Positions 19,620-28,286 of a stretch of DNA of 64,000 bases are shown here, piece after piece. The notes under the pieces are model-generated. The model did no database searches. It saw nothing but the letters and a program-made list of their open reading frames with translations, and was not told the origin of the DNA. How positions within the stretch are numbered: the first letter of the stretch is position 1; every line of letters begins with the position of its first letter. The position numbers and the translations under genes are program-made. Origin of the DNA: a virus; the IMG/VR virus record IMGVR_UViG_3300022872_000001, positions 96,001 through 160,000 of that record; one strand, 5' to 3'.

Positions 19620-20318
19620 TTATGCGTCCGTTACGGTTACATCTATCGCCCCCAACCCAGCATTATCAGATTCATACACATAGTAATTAAATGTTCCTTG
19701 TGGCGTAATTACGGGAACATCACCCTTGAGTACAAAGCCTCCAGTAAATCCATTAACTGCAAAATTGGATAAACCAAAGCTGTCTGGATAGCAGTAATAA
19801 ACCTTTTGACCATTCCCGGCTGTGGCAGAGAAGGAACGGTTCTTCACTCCCTGAACTGCGGTCAATGAGAGAACGAAGGCACTGTTATAAACTGAGGGAG
19901 GAGTCGCAGATCCATAATAGAAAGATTCAGCATAAAGATCATTCTGAACCTTCACTGTATAAATCTGAATTCGTGCCCTGTTGCTTGTGGTATTGGCCAA
20001 TACAAAACTAGCCAACGTCGAATCATATACAAGCATTTTGCTGATATTGATAACTACAAAATTACCATTTGCATCCGTGCCATTTAGAGTCAATGGCTCA
20101 CTTGTGGTAATAACCAAAGTGTTAATGGTTTCATTTGGATTCGAATGATATATACCATTAGCAATTAAATCTACGCTCTCTTTTACCGTAATCGAATTGT
20201 CTGCTACGTAGAGTGAATTCGCAGTTCCCATCGATTGCTGCAATTGATTAACACCTCTGGACACTTCCAGTTTCACACGCATGGAAGCACTGGGATATAC
20301 TGGAGCCGTGATAGCCAT
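19620..20318 (-). CDS. virion structural protein (two beta-sandwich-like modules)
   Basis: C-terminal YYCYPDSFG..FAVNGFTGGF....YYVYESDNAGLG module. Co-located with fibre genes. Confidence 0.6.
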   Translation of the reverse strand: MAITAPVYPSASMRVKLEVSRGVNQLQQSMGTANSLYVADNSITVKESVDLIANGIYHSNPNETINTLVITTSEPLTLNGTDANGNFVVINISKMLVYDSTLASFVLANTTSNRARIQIYTVKVQNDLYAESFYYGSATPPSVYNSAFVLSLTAVQGVKNRSFSATAGNGQKVYYCYPDSFGLSNFAVNGFTGGFVLKGDVPVITPQGTFNYYVYESDNAGLGAIDVTVTDA

Positions 20319-20524
20319 TACCGCTTCCTTTTGATAAAATGTTCATACTCATTTCTGCAGGCTGGATCACAAAAATTACGATCCGTAAGAGGCTCCTCAC
20401 ATTTATGGTTATAACAAAAACCTTTAAACCTGAGCCCGCCTTTAGCTGCTTCGAGTCGTACCAATTCAACATACAATTCTGTTTGTTTTTCGGCCAACTC
20501 TGAGCCTGCATCAATTACGTCCAT
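20318..20524 (-). CDS. small TraR/DksA-like C4 zinc-finger protein
   Basis: MDVIDAGSELAE N-terminus plus CYNHKC...FCDPAC. GGAG lies 9 nt before the ATG at 20524 (the track starts at 20539). Confidence 0.55.
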   Translation of the reverse strand: MDVIDAGSELAEKQTELYVELVRLEAAKGGLRFKGFCYNHKCEEPLTDRNFCDPACRNEYEHFIKRKR

Positions 20525-20559
20525 TGAGTATTTCTCCATTCGAAAATTTAGATTGTTAA

Positions 20560-20862
20560 TTACTTCTCGCCATAAGCCTTATGCAATGCATCCTTGGCGC
20601 CTTCAAGTCTTGATTTATCCGCATCTGAGAGATTCTCACCTCCCCGATTTATGTAAAAATTGAGACGAGACATAGCTTGTTTGAGATCCTTAGATTTAGC
20701 CTTTAAGCCACTAGCAATGGAAGATGCTGACCCATTCCAGAAACCTTCGGGGAAATCTCCTTTTTCTGCTGGAGTCTTTTTGTCTTCCTTCTTCTGAACA
20801 GGTGCAATCCATTTGTCACCCGCAGCTTTAATACGGGTCATTGCTTCGATTTTGAATATCAT
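20560..20862 (-). CDS. DUF3175-like protein with FKIEAMTRIKAA leader
   Basis: AMSRLNFYINRGGENL....LEGAKDAL matches the DUF3175 pattern SAMSMLxFYINRAGKNL. Confidence 0.65.
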   Translation of the reverse strand: MIFKIEAMTRIKAAGDKWIAPVQKKEDKKTPAEKGDFPEGFWNGSASSIASGLKAKSKDLKQAMSRLNFYINRGGENLSDADKSRLEGAKDALHKAYGEK

Positions 20863-20913
20863 AAGAACCTCTACTGTGTCATAAAATTGCGGGGATTGGT
20901 TTACACATAATTC

Positions 20914-21483
20914 TCAAATTAAACCAATTGATATGCCTTGTCCTGAATAAGGTGCGAAGAAGGTCGTATTGGCTAGGAAGTATGTTTGTGTTCCATCCCC
21001 ATAGTCATATTGGTATGTTAAAACCGACGAGTCTATAAGGGTAGACCCACTATAAATTCCAATAGAACGTCCGTTAAATACCCCATCTCCGTATGCAGAC
21101 CGAGTAATCCAGCATGTTTCTATGACGGTTACATATCCACTGTCAGGGTCACCTGTAGTTTCGGTGTAACTATACAAAGCGTTGGTTGTATAGCCTCCAA
21201 TTGAAGCTCCTGCTAGAGATCCGAACGTTTGATCTGAATAAGGAGGTCCGTCGAAGCCTCCTCCGTCACTGAATCCGTATGCAGCACCTCCACCATAGTT
21301 TTGAACGGATAGAGTGTTCAAAGTAAGGTACGATTTTCCTAGGAGACTCAGGATCGAGATCGCACCTGACGATATGCCGGCTAGGTTACGAACTGAAGTG
21401 TCATTGAGGGACATAGGGAGCCCTACCTGTGCCTCTGTGGCAATCTGTGACATGCTTAACGGAGGGCTTGCTGGTAGTGTCAT
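20914..21483 (-). CDS. gp38-like fibre-tip adhesin
   Basis: MTLPASPPLSMSQIATE..MSLNDTSVRNLAGISSGAISILSLLGKS attachment motif, then a Gly/aromatic-rich variable region. Confidence 0.65.
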   Translation of the reverse strand: MTLPASPPLSMSQIATEAQVGLPMSLNDTSVRNLAGISSGAISILSLLGKSYLTLNTLSVQNYGGGAAYGFSDGGGFDGPPYSDQTFGSLAGASIGGYTTNALYSYTETTGDPDSGYVTVIETCWITRSAYGDGVFNGRSIGIYSGSTLIDSSVLTYQYDYGDGTQTYFLANTTFFAPYSGQGISIGLI

Positions 21484-21485
21484 TA

Positions 21486-21794
21486 CTATTCTCCTACAGG
21501 TGCAGGGCCTTGGGCTTCAGCTAGACAATGGCCTTTACCAAAGAGAAAATCAATAAACTTGGAAGCAGGAACTGCCCAGGCTTTACCTGCAATCAAAGCT
21601 AATCCTGTGCGCCGAGAAATGGTTTGTTGAGGAGGTCCACCAAAGCCTGAATTCCCACACTCATCAATGGCTATTGCCATGGATAGTGCGCGTGTTTCCG
21701 AACCAAATAGCGCCTGTAATAGCATCAATATGGATAGGATAGGCAAAACTAACATACAGAATATCCATAACAAAACCAGTCGATATCTACTCAT
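21486..21794 (-). CDS. hypothetical membrane protein
   Basis: N-terminal TM segment. D..GNSGFGGPPQQTISRRTG...IDFLFGKGHC is a pattern I recall from phage tail/lysis regions. Confidence 0.7.
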   Translation of the reverse strand: MSRYRLVLLWIFCMLVLPILSILMLLQALFGSETRALSMAIAIDECGNSGFGGPPQQTISRRTGLALIAGKAWAVPASKFIDFLFGKGHCLAEAQGPAPVGE

Positions 21795-21817
21795 ACGTTT
21801 CTCCTTGAGATAAAAGA

Positions 21818-21851
21818 ATTCGCCATGTTAAAATAAATTAACATGGCGAAT
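21818..21851 (-). terminator. hairpin, probable terminator
   Basis: ATTCGCCATGTTAA-aataaa-TTAACATGGCGAAT, followed on the - strand by TCTTTTA. Confidence 0.7.
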
Positions 21852-21863
21852 ATTTATTAAAGA

Positions 21864-22316
21864 TCAGGTACTCGGTGTAGCAACCACGGTAGGCCAAGTG
21901 AAGGCGGGTATCATTGCCACAGCCTGGGCAGGTGTAGGCATAGGATTGGTACCTGCATTGACCGTAGCCAAATAGGCATAGCATGCAGCCCAGGTCAAGG
22001 ACATCCAAATCTGGAGGGCGTTACCTTCAAGACGAAACTTCTCGCACAAGGCAAAGTTAGGATCGGTGGAAGCAACTACCGCGGCAGGCGCAGCGTAGGC
22101 GCAGGCTGACTTGATATCGTCGTAACCATGGGATTGCGCCATTGTATCAAGAGCAGCTTGAATCTCTGTTTGCACGGAGGCTATTGCTGCGGCAGGATTG
22201 AGAACCCAGGCACCATTAGTCCAAACATAGTCCGTACCTGGGCGAGTTGGAACTTGCAGATCATTACCTACTTGATCGCCTTCGTAGTAGTTGCCATTGC
22301 TGTCGATATAACCCAT
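21864..22316 (-). CDS. tail fibre assembly chaperone-like protein
   Basis: PTRPGTDYVW..GAWVL; LDTMAQSHGYDDIKSACAYA; C-terminal MIPAFTWP. Terminates the LamG array. Confidence 0.7.
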   Translation of the reverse strand: MGYIDSNGNYYEGDQVGNDLQVPTRPGTDYVWTNGAWVLNPAAAIASVQTEIQAALDTMAQSHGYDDIKSACAYAAPAAVVASTDPNFALCEKFRLEGNALQIWMSLTWAACYAYLATVNAGTNPMPTPAQAVAMIPAFTWPTVVATPST

Positions 22317-22343
22317 TTGTTACTCCTTAAAAATTGAATGAAA

Positions 22344-23876
22344 TTAGAAATTACGGTTAACGTTTATAGCTAATTGTCCAGATGTTATGGTAGTACCTGA
22401 TACCGTGGTGGTAGATTGATTCGTTATCATGGAACTTATTACCGCTACTGCTGAGGTATTTCTCGATATGCCTGAAGTAGAATTGTAGGGCCATGCTCCG
22501 TTGTACGTCTGGGAGTTTTCATACCAAGGATAGTTAACGGCTGTTCGAACCATGAGTTTGGTATTGTAAAACTCTATAGGTAATCCGAGATTATGGCTAA
22601 ACGTGTATGTCGTACTCGCCGCAAATGTGGTTGGATTAGCTACGCTACTATACTTGCCGTTTAAGGCATAATTAACTACCGAGGAGACCGCGGCGGCTCC
22701 AGTAACCGCTTGCCCTACGTAGGTGCGATTCTTCGCAGTAAACGTTGGATTAGTTCCCGATACGGTAGACGCTGCACTAACCTGGTACATCGTCATTTGA
22801 GGAATACTAAACCAGTCACTCGCATATCCTTGAGTAGCCACATTAGATAAGGTTGTTTGCGGCGTGAATGTTATTCCAGCAGGGTGTTTGCAGTAAGGAA
22901 GGAATTCAAAACCTTGGATTGAGCCAGAGAAAAAGTTGGAAGGTGTAGTTACTGAATTTGCTCCTACACTTATATTGGAAACGGGACAAATGATACTAGT
23001 GCTGGTTATCGTTAAAGCTGAATCAGCTACGCCATTCAGATAGGTGTAATACTTACCTGTTACGGCATCATAGGTGAGCTCTAGGTCATAGGTTGTTCCA
23101 TTAACCAGCGTAGAAGTGCCAACTACCGCATTTGCAATATCCCAAGAAGAACCTGTTGAACTCAGGTAAAGATCTAATTTGCTTGATGATATGTATAACG
23201 TAGCTCCGTATCCTGTAAAATACCCTGCGTTGAATATGGTAGAAGTAGTACCTACCGCGGTTGGTATGAACTTGCAACGCAAAGTCCAACCTGCACTACC
23301 TAAAGTTGTGAATGCAGCAGAGCGTATATAGGAGGTCGTACCGTTAAACACTCCCATGTAAGTACCAGCAATTGCTGGACTGGAGTTACTAAAAGTTACC
23401 GCTGTATTAATCCATGAATTACCAAAGTCATCCAAGTTGGTATTGTTCAATGACAGGCAGGATTGGGCTGCCATATTATACGCATAGCCATACTGCGGTA
23501 ATGCCAACGAGGATCCCCAGGTAACCGAGGTAGCGCTTACCCAATCCTGAGATACAAACGATAGGTTAGTAGCCGGCAAAGTAACTGCGCCTGCAACGTC
23601 CGCACTCAGGGTGGCGATATAGTCCTGAACTCCAGCTGCGAAGGCTGTCTTCATTGGGACCGTGGTCGCCGCCAGATTAAGCGTTAACCCTGTACCTGCA
23701 CTCAACATGTTGGCATAGCCTGAATTATTAACAGCACCATACTGGACTGTCTGTCTAACCTGAGGAGCATTCTGCCCGCTAACCATACCGTTAGCATCAA
23801 ATACTAGTGATGCAGTACCATTAACTAGCAAACTTCCTTGAGTGGAACTCGGTGATAAAGTGACCGTCATTATCAT
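22344..23876 (-). CDS. LamG/concanavalin-like receptor-binding fibre paralogue 5 (core X, tip P)
   Basis: LNNTNLDDFGNSW..GVFNGTTSYI..WTLRC..IQGFEFLPYC. Tip YSSVANPTTFAAS...VNRNF. Confidence 0.75.
   Translation of the reverse strand: MIMTVTLSPSSTQGSLLVNGTASLVFDANGMVSGQNAPQVRQTVQYGAVNNSGYANMLSAGTGLTLNLAATTVPMKTAFAAGVQDYIATLSADVAGAVTLPATNLSFVSQDWVSATSVTWGSSLALPQYGYAYNMAAQSCLSLNNTNLDDFGNSWINTAVTFSNSSPAIAGTYMGVFNGTTSYIRSAAFTTLGSAGWTLRCKFIPTAVGTTSTIFNAGYFTGYGATLYISSSKLDLYLSSTGSSWDIANAVVGTSTLVNGTTYDLELTYDAVTGKYYTYLNGVADSALTITSTSIICPVSNISVGANSVTTPSNFFSGSIQGFEFLPYCKHPAGITFTPQTTLSNVATQGYASDWFSIPQMTMYQVSAASTVSGTNPTFTAKNRTYVGQAVTGAAAVSSVVNYALNGKYSSVANPTTFAASTTYTFSHNLGLPIEFYNTKLMVRTAVNYPWYENSQTYNGAWPYNSTSGISRNTSAVAVISSMITNQSTTTVSGTTITSGQLAINVNRNF
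22411..22562. repeat. 152-bp identical direct repeat, copy 1 (copy 2 at 23965-24116)
   Basis: Base-by-base identity read by eye between the 3' ends of LamG paralogues 5 and 4. Confidence 0.9.
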
Positions 23877-23891
23877 TACTCCCTGTGATTC

Positions 23892-25484
23892 CTAAAAATT
23901 ACGGTTGACTATGAAAGCAAATTGACCAGACGTACCGTTAGCGGTACTCGGGCTTAGGGATGTTGTAGATTGATTCGTTATCATGGAACTTATTACCGCT
24001 ACTGCTGAGGTATTTCTCGATATGCCTGAAGTAGAATTGTAGGGCCATGCTCCGTTGTACGTCTGGGAGTTTTCATACCAAGGATAGTTAACGGCTGTTC
24101 GAACCATGAGTTTGGTGTTGTAGCACTCTATAGGGACACCAAGATTGTGATTGTTGGAATATGTCGTGGACGCCGCAAATGTAGTTGGATTAGCAACGCT
24201 GCTATACGTACCATTGTAAGCATAACTGGTAAGACCTGTGAGGCTGCCAGTTCCTGTAGTCGCCTCGGCTACATAAACACGGTTCTTTGCTGTAAAGGTA
24301 GGATTCACTCCAGCAGCTACTGATGCTCCACTAATCTGGTACATGGTCATCAATGGAATCGAGAAGAAATCCGAAGCGTAGCCAGGTGTGCCTATGTTAG
24401 GGGCTTGTGTAGGAACCGCATATCCTACCCCATTGGGATTTTGGCAATAGGGCAGATACTCAAACTTATCTATGTAACCTGTAAAGAAGTAATTGGTGCT
24501 TTGAACTGTACCTCCTCCAATTTGCACCTTATTGAATCCCGACGCTACCTTGGACGCAGAGGTTGTAGAGGCTTCCTGAACACCGTTGACATATAAACGA
24601 TAAATTCCTGCCACTATGTCGTAGGTAAGTTCTACAAAATACCAGGTGCTAATTGTAGGTGTGGTTACTCCCTGAACGTTACTTGCTATATCCGCAGATG
24701 TTCCTGTAGAAGACAGATTGTAACTAAACTTGAGTGTTCCACTTATGTTTGAGAGGCACAGGGAAGCGCCGTATCCTGAACTAGTGGTAGCGGTAACAAT
24801 GGGAGTCGCATTACCAGACGTAGGCAACACTGTTGAGTACACCCAGGCTCTTAAAGACCATCCGGCCGGACCTAAGGTGGTGAATGAAGTGCTTGATATA
24901 TAATCACTGGAACCGTTTAAGGCATTAGAAGTACCTGCCCCACCTAAGGCTCCTGTACCAAACTTAAACTGGTTCGTCTGAACCTTAGCTCCACCATTAG
25001 CTATCCATGTATTTCCAAAATCATCTAGGAATGTAGTAGAACCTGAGGAACCTCCAAACTGGAGAACAGATTGGTTATTTTGTTGATAGCTATATCCGTA
25101 TTGAGGTTGAGCAAGGGTTGATGACCAAGTAACTGAGGTATTATTCACCCAGTCTTGGGTTACGTAAGACAAATTGTTTGCAGGAAGGGTTACGACGTTT
25201 TTTGTGTCTGCACTCAAGGTTGATACGTAGTCCCGTAGTCCTGCTGCAAAATTCGTCCGCATAGGAGTGGAGGTAGCTAGTAGACTTAAAGCCAAACCAG
25301 TTCCTACTACAAGAGGATTGGCGTACCCTAAGTTACTTGTTACTCCACTCTGCACCGTCTGCCGTAGCAAGGGTGCATTTAGTCCATTAACCACGCCATT
25401 GGCATCGAATACAACGGAATCAACTCCGTTAACCTGCACGCTGCCTTGCGTGCCATTAGGTTTGGCATATACTGCAAGGGTCAT
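23892..25484 (-). CDS. LamG-like receptor-binding fibre paralogue 4 (core Y, tip P)
   Basis: VLQFGGSSGSTTFLDDFGNTW..GAKVQTNQFKFGTGALGG..LNGSSDYI. Tip shared with paralogue 5. Confidence 0.75.
   Translation of the reverse strand: MTLAVYAKPNGTQGSVQVNGVDSVVFDANGVVNGLNAPLLRQTVQSGVTSNLGYANPLVVGTGLALSLLATSTPMRTNFAAGLRDYVSTLSADTKNVVTLPANNLSYVTQDWVNNTSVTWSSTLAQPQYGYSYQQNNQSVLQFGGSSGSTTFLDDFGNTWIANGGAKVQTNQFKFGTGALGGAGTSNALNGSSDYISSTSFTTLGPAGWSLRAWVYSTVLPTSGNATPIVTATTSSGYGASLCLSNISGTLKFSYNLSSTGTSADIASNVQGVTTPTISTWYFVELTYDIVAGIYRLYVNGVQEASTTSASKVASGFNKVQIGGGTVQSTNYFFTGYIDKFEYLPYCQNPNGVGYAVPTQAPNIGTPGYASDFFSIPLMTMYQISGASVAAGVNPTFTAKNRVYVAEATTGTGSLTGLTSYAYNGTYSSVANPTTFAASTTYSNNHNLGVPIECYNTKLMVRTAVNYPWYENSQTYNGAWPYNSTSGISRNTSAVAVISSMITNQSTTSLSPSTANGTSGQFAFIVNRNF
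23965..24116. repeat. 152-bp identical direct repeat, copy 2
   Basis: Identical to 22411-22562. Confidence 0.9.
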
Positions 25485-26110
25485 GGTAAGTACTCCTTAA
25501 TTGTAATGCGTGATGACATAAGTCCTCCTAACAGCAAGGAACCTCCGCTCCCATTAAGGTACGTTGTTCCTGCGGCTGTAGACCCGGCCCTAACTTTGAA
25601 TGTGGTTGCAGTAATTGTCCCTGCTACCATTAAATGTTTAAACGCAAGTTCGGTAATATTCCCTGAGGTGTAGTAACTCATACCACCTGCTAATCCATTG
25701 GCATTCGCATCTTGAAACAAGGCAGCAACGAAGGAAGCACTACCTAAGGATGAATTAGACAGGAATAACGCAACATCAATCTCTAATGTCGAACTAGCAT
25801 TCGTAGGCGTTATGGCTTGAGATAAAAATTGAATACCTGACGTATTTTGAGGAACCCCTGAACTAGCAAAGGTGGTTGTTCCCGTTTGCAAAGTTCCTAC
25901 CGTAGTGCTTACTACTTGAGCAATTAGGTTGGCACCTACAATTTTCATAGCGCCTGACGCAGGTACGGTAAAAATATCTTGAGTGGTTGAACCGTAATTA
26001 CCTCTCGATAACTTCATCGTCCCGTTTGCGGCAGCACTGGCAAGAACAAAATTCTGTGAGGCAGTTACGCTATCCCCGAGTTGAACCTGTGTTATGGTTG
26101 CACCTGCCAT
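25481..26110 (-). CDS. short fibre/lectin-like paralogue B (209 aa)
   Basis: MAGATITQVQLGDSVTASQNFVL...AITPTNASSTLEI...ITIKEYLP. Paralogue of 26125-26754. Confidence 0.75.
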   Translation of the reverse strand: MAGATITQVQLGDSVTASQNFVLASAAANGTMKLSRGNYGSTTQDIFTVPASGAMKIVGANLIAQVVSTTVGTLQTGTTTFASSGVPQNTSGIQFLSQAITPTNASSTLEIDVALFLSNSSLGSASFVAALFQDANANGLAGGMSYYTSGNITELAFKHLMVAGTITATTFKVRAGSTAAGTTYLNGSGGSLLLGGLMSSRITIKEYLP

Positions 26111-26124
26111 TAAAATTCCTTAGG

Positions 26125-26754
26125 TTACGGTAAATACTCCCGAATTATCATACTGGACATAGGCGCAGTCCCACCGAATAAAACAGCTCCACTGGCGCCA
26201 TTGAATGAGGTAGTACCTGCGGCATTACCACCCGCATTAACAGTAAAGGTCAGTGCACTGGTTGTACCTGCTACCATCCAATATTTTAAGGCTAATTGAA
26301 CTGCACCACTCGTACTTGCTTGATACTCGGCTGCGGCTGTCAGTGCATTCGAATTACCTGATACAAACAAAGCTGCACTTATGTGATTCGCCGCAGTATT
26401 CGATAAAAGCAGATAGCATTCAATCTCCAAGATTGAGGACGCATTGGTTGGAGTAATTGCCAACGACATATATTGATTACCTGTAGATGTCGTAGGTAAG
26501 GCTGCTATAGGCATTGTTGTTGTACCTGTAGCCTGCGCACTATATGCCTGACGCACAGCCTGTGCCATTAGGTTAGCACCTACAATCTTGGCTGTGCCTG
26601 ATACCGGAACGGTAATTATATCCTGTGTGGTAGCTCCAAAATTACCACGTGATAACTTCATCGTTCCGTCAGCCGAAGCGCTGGTAAGCACAAAATTCTG
26701 TGATGCGGTTACGCTGTCACCAAGTTGTAATTGGGTAATTGTTGTCCCAGCCAT
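26125..26754 (-). CDS. short fibre/lectin-like paralogue A (209 aa)
   Basis: MAGTTITQLQLGDSVTASQNFVL...AITPTNASSILEI...IIREYLP. Confidence 0.75.
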   Translation of the reverse strand: MAGTTITQLQLGDSVTASQNFVLTSASADGTMKLSRGNFGATTQDIITVPVSGTAKIVGANLMAQAVRQAYSAQATGTTTMPIAALPTTSTGNQYMSLAITPTNASSILEIECYLLLSNTAANHISAALFVSGNSNALTAAAEYQASTSGAVQLALKYWMVAGTTSALTFTVNAGGNAAGTTSFNGASGAVLFGGTAPMSSMIIREYLP

Positions 26755-26798
26755 TAGAAGCTCCTTCGTGTTTTGATTCTAAAAAATCCTGAGGTGAT
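26752..26798. repeat. 47-bp identical repeat spanning the stop/start junction (other copy 28284-28330)
   Basis: cattagaagctccttcgtgttttgattctaaaaaatcctgaggtgat occurs at both sites. Confidence 0.85.
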
Positions 26799-28286
26799 GG
26801 CAGCATTTGCCGTACTGTACCCTACGTTGGTAGCGAAACCTACCGAGCTTGAATTACGTGTTGATACTCCACCGTAGTATCCATAGTTTGCAAAGGCTGA
26901 TTGCGTCGCTATACGCTCATTGGTTCCATTTATATCGTCAGCTAATGTGGAATCCATATTCCACATAGTCGTGCCTAAATTATGCGATTTGGCATATACT
27001 GTACTAGCTGCTACCGCAAATAATCCAGAGTCATACCTGCCATTTAAGGCATAATTCACTACACTTGAAATTGCACTTGACGAAGTTACAGCTTCACCTA
27101 TGTAAACACGGTTCTTTGCAGTAAAGGTTGGAGTAGTACCCGCTCCTGTTGAAGCTCCTGACACCTGGTACATAGTCATTTGAGGAATACTAAAGAAATC
27201 TGCTGCATATCCTTGAGTAGCGACGTTTGGTGCGGCTGTAGGCACTGTATATGTGGTACCTGCAGGATGTTGGCAATAAGGGAGGTATTCAAACTTATCT
27301 ATGTAACCTGAGAAAAAGTTGCCTACAGTAGTAGCACTTCCTATTGACCATACGGGAACTGGACAAATCTTGGAGGAACTGGTAACCGTATAATCAAGCA
27401 CTCCATTTAAATATCCAAAATATTTTCCAGCCACAGGATCATAGGTAATTTCGATGAAGTTCCAAGTACCTGCGGTAAGTGTGGCAGTACCTGTACCTGC
27501 ACTTGCGATATCCCAACTAGTTGCGGTACTAGATAGGTAGTAACTCATCTTACTGGAAGCGATACCTACTGCGGCTCCATAGCCTGACGCTGATTGACCT
27601 GCCATTAAAATAGTTTGAAATGTGGCACTAGATACAGCTACAGGATTAAACCAACACCGCAGGGACCAACCACCCTGTCCTAAGGACGTAAAACTACTGG
27701 AACTTATATAGTCGCTAGAACCATTTAAAACATTGCTGGTACCTGCTCCCCCTAAAGCACCTGTACCGAATTTGAAAGAAGTAGTTTGAACTTTCGCACT
27801 TCCATGGGCAGTCCATGTATTCCCAAAATCATCTAGGAAAGTGGTGCTCCCTGCTGAACCCCCGAACTGAAGAACCGATTGTTGATTCTGAATATAGCTG
27901 TAACCATACTGAGGCTGAGCAAGGGTCGATGACCAAGTAACCGCACTAGGATTTACATAATCCTGACTAATGAAGGAAGTATTGCTCGCAGGAAGGGTTA
28001 CGACGCTCGCTACATCTGAAGTTAAAGTCGCTATGTAATCCTTAACTCCCAATGCAAACGCGGTCCTAACTGGAACAGTAGTAGCTGCCAGATTTATGGC
28101 TAGTCCTGTACCTGCACTTAGCATATTGGCATAGCCTGAACTATTGGTAGCGCCTGTTTGCACAGCCTGGCGTGCTCCCAAAACCATACCTGTTGTTATA
28201 CCGCCTACATTAAAAGACACGGAGTTCACACCGTTGGCTTGCAGACCTCCACCTCCTCCCGGATTCGATCCTACTAAAATGCTCAT
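26754..28286 (-). CDS. LamG-like receptor-binding fibre paralogue 3 (core Y, tip Q)
   Basis: Core as in paralogue 4. Tip YDSGLFAVAASTVYAKSHNLG...IKTRRSF. Confidence 0.75.
   Translation of the reverse strand: MSILVGSNPGGGGGLQANGVNSVSFNVGGITTGMVLGARQAVQTGATNSSGYANMLSAGTGLAINLAATTVPVRTAFALGVKDYIATLTSDVASVVTLPASNTSFISQDYVNPSAVTWSSTLAQPQYGYSYIQNQQSVLQFGGSAGSTTFLDDFGNTWTAHGSAKVQTTSFKFGTGALGGAGTSNVLNGSSDYISSSSFTSLGQGGWSLRCWFNPVAVSSATFQTILMAGQSASGYGAAVGIASSKMSYYLSSTATSWDIASAGTGTATLTAGTWNFIEITYDPVAGKYFGYLNGVLDYTVTSSSKICPVPVWSIGSATTVGNFFSGYIDKFEYLPYCQHPAGTTYTVPTAAPNVATQGYAADFFSIPQMTMYQVSGASTGAGTTPTFTAKNRVYIGEAVTSSSAISSVVNYALNGRYDSGLFAVAASTVYAKSHNLGTTMWNMDSTLADDINGTNERIATQSAFANYGYYGGVSTRNSSSVGFATNVGYSTANAAITSGFFRIKTRRSF
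26994..27050. repeat. 57-bp identical repeat (other copy 28526-28582)
   Basis: Encodes ALNGRYDSGLFAVAASTVY in paralogues 2 and 3 with no synonymous differences. Confidence 0.85.

Noticed and set aside
22411-24116. Repeat pair as a diversity-generating retroelement TR/VR
   Set aside because: The copies are 100% identical with no adenine-specific mismatches, both are coding, and no reverse transcriptase is in the window.
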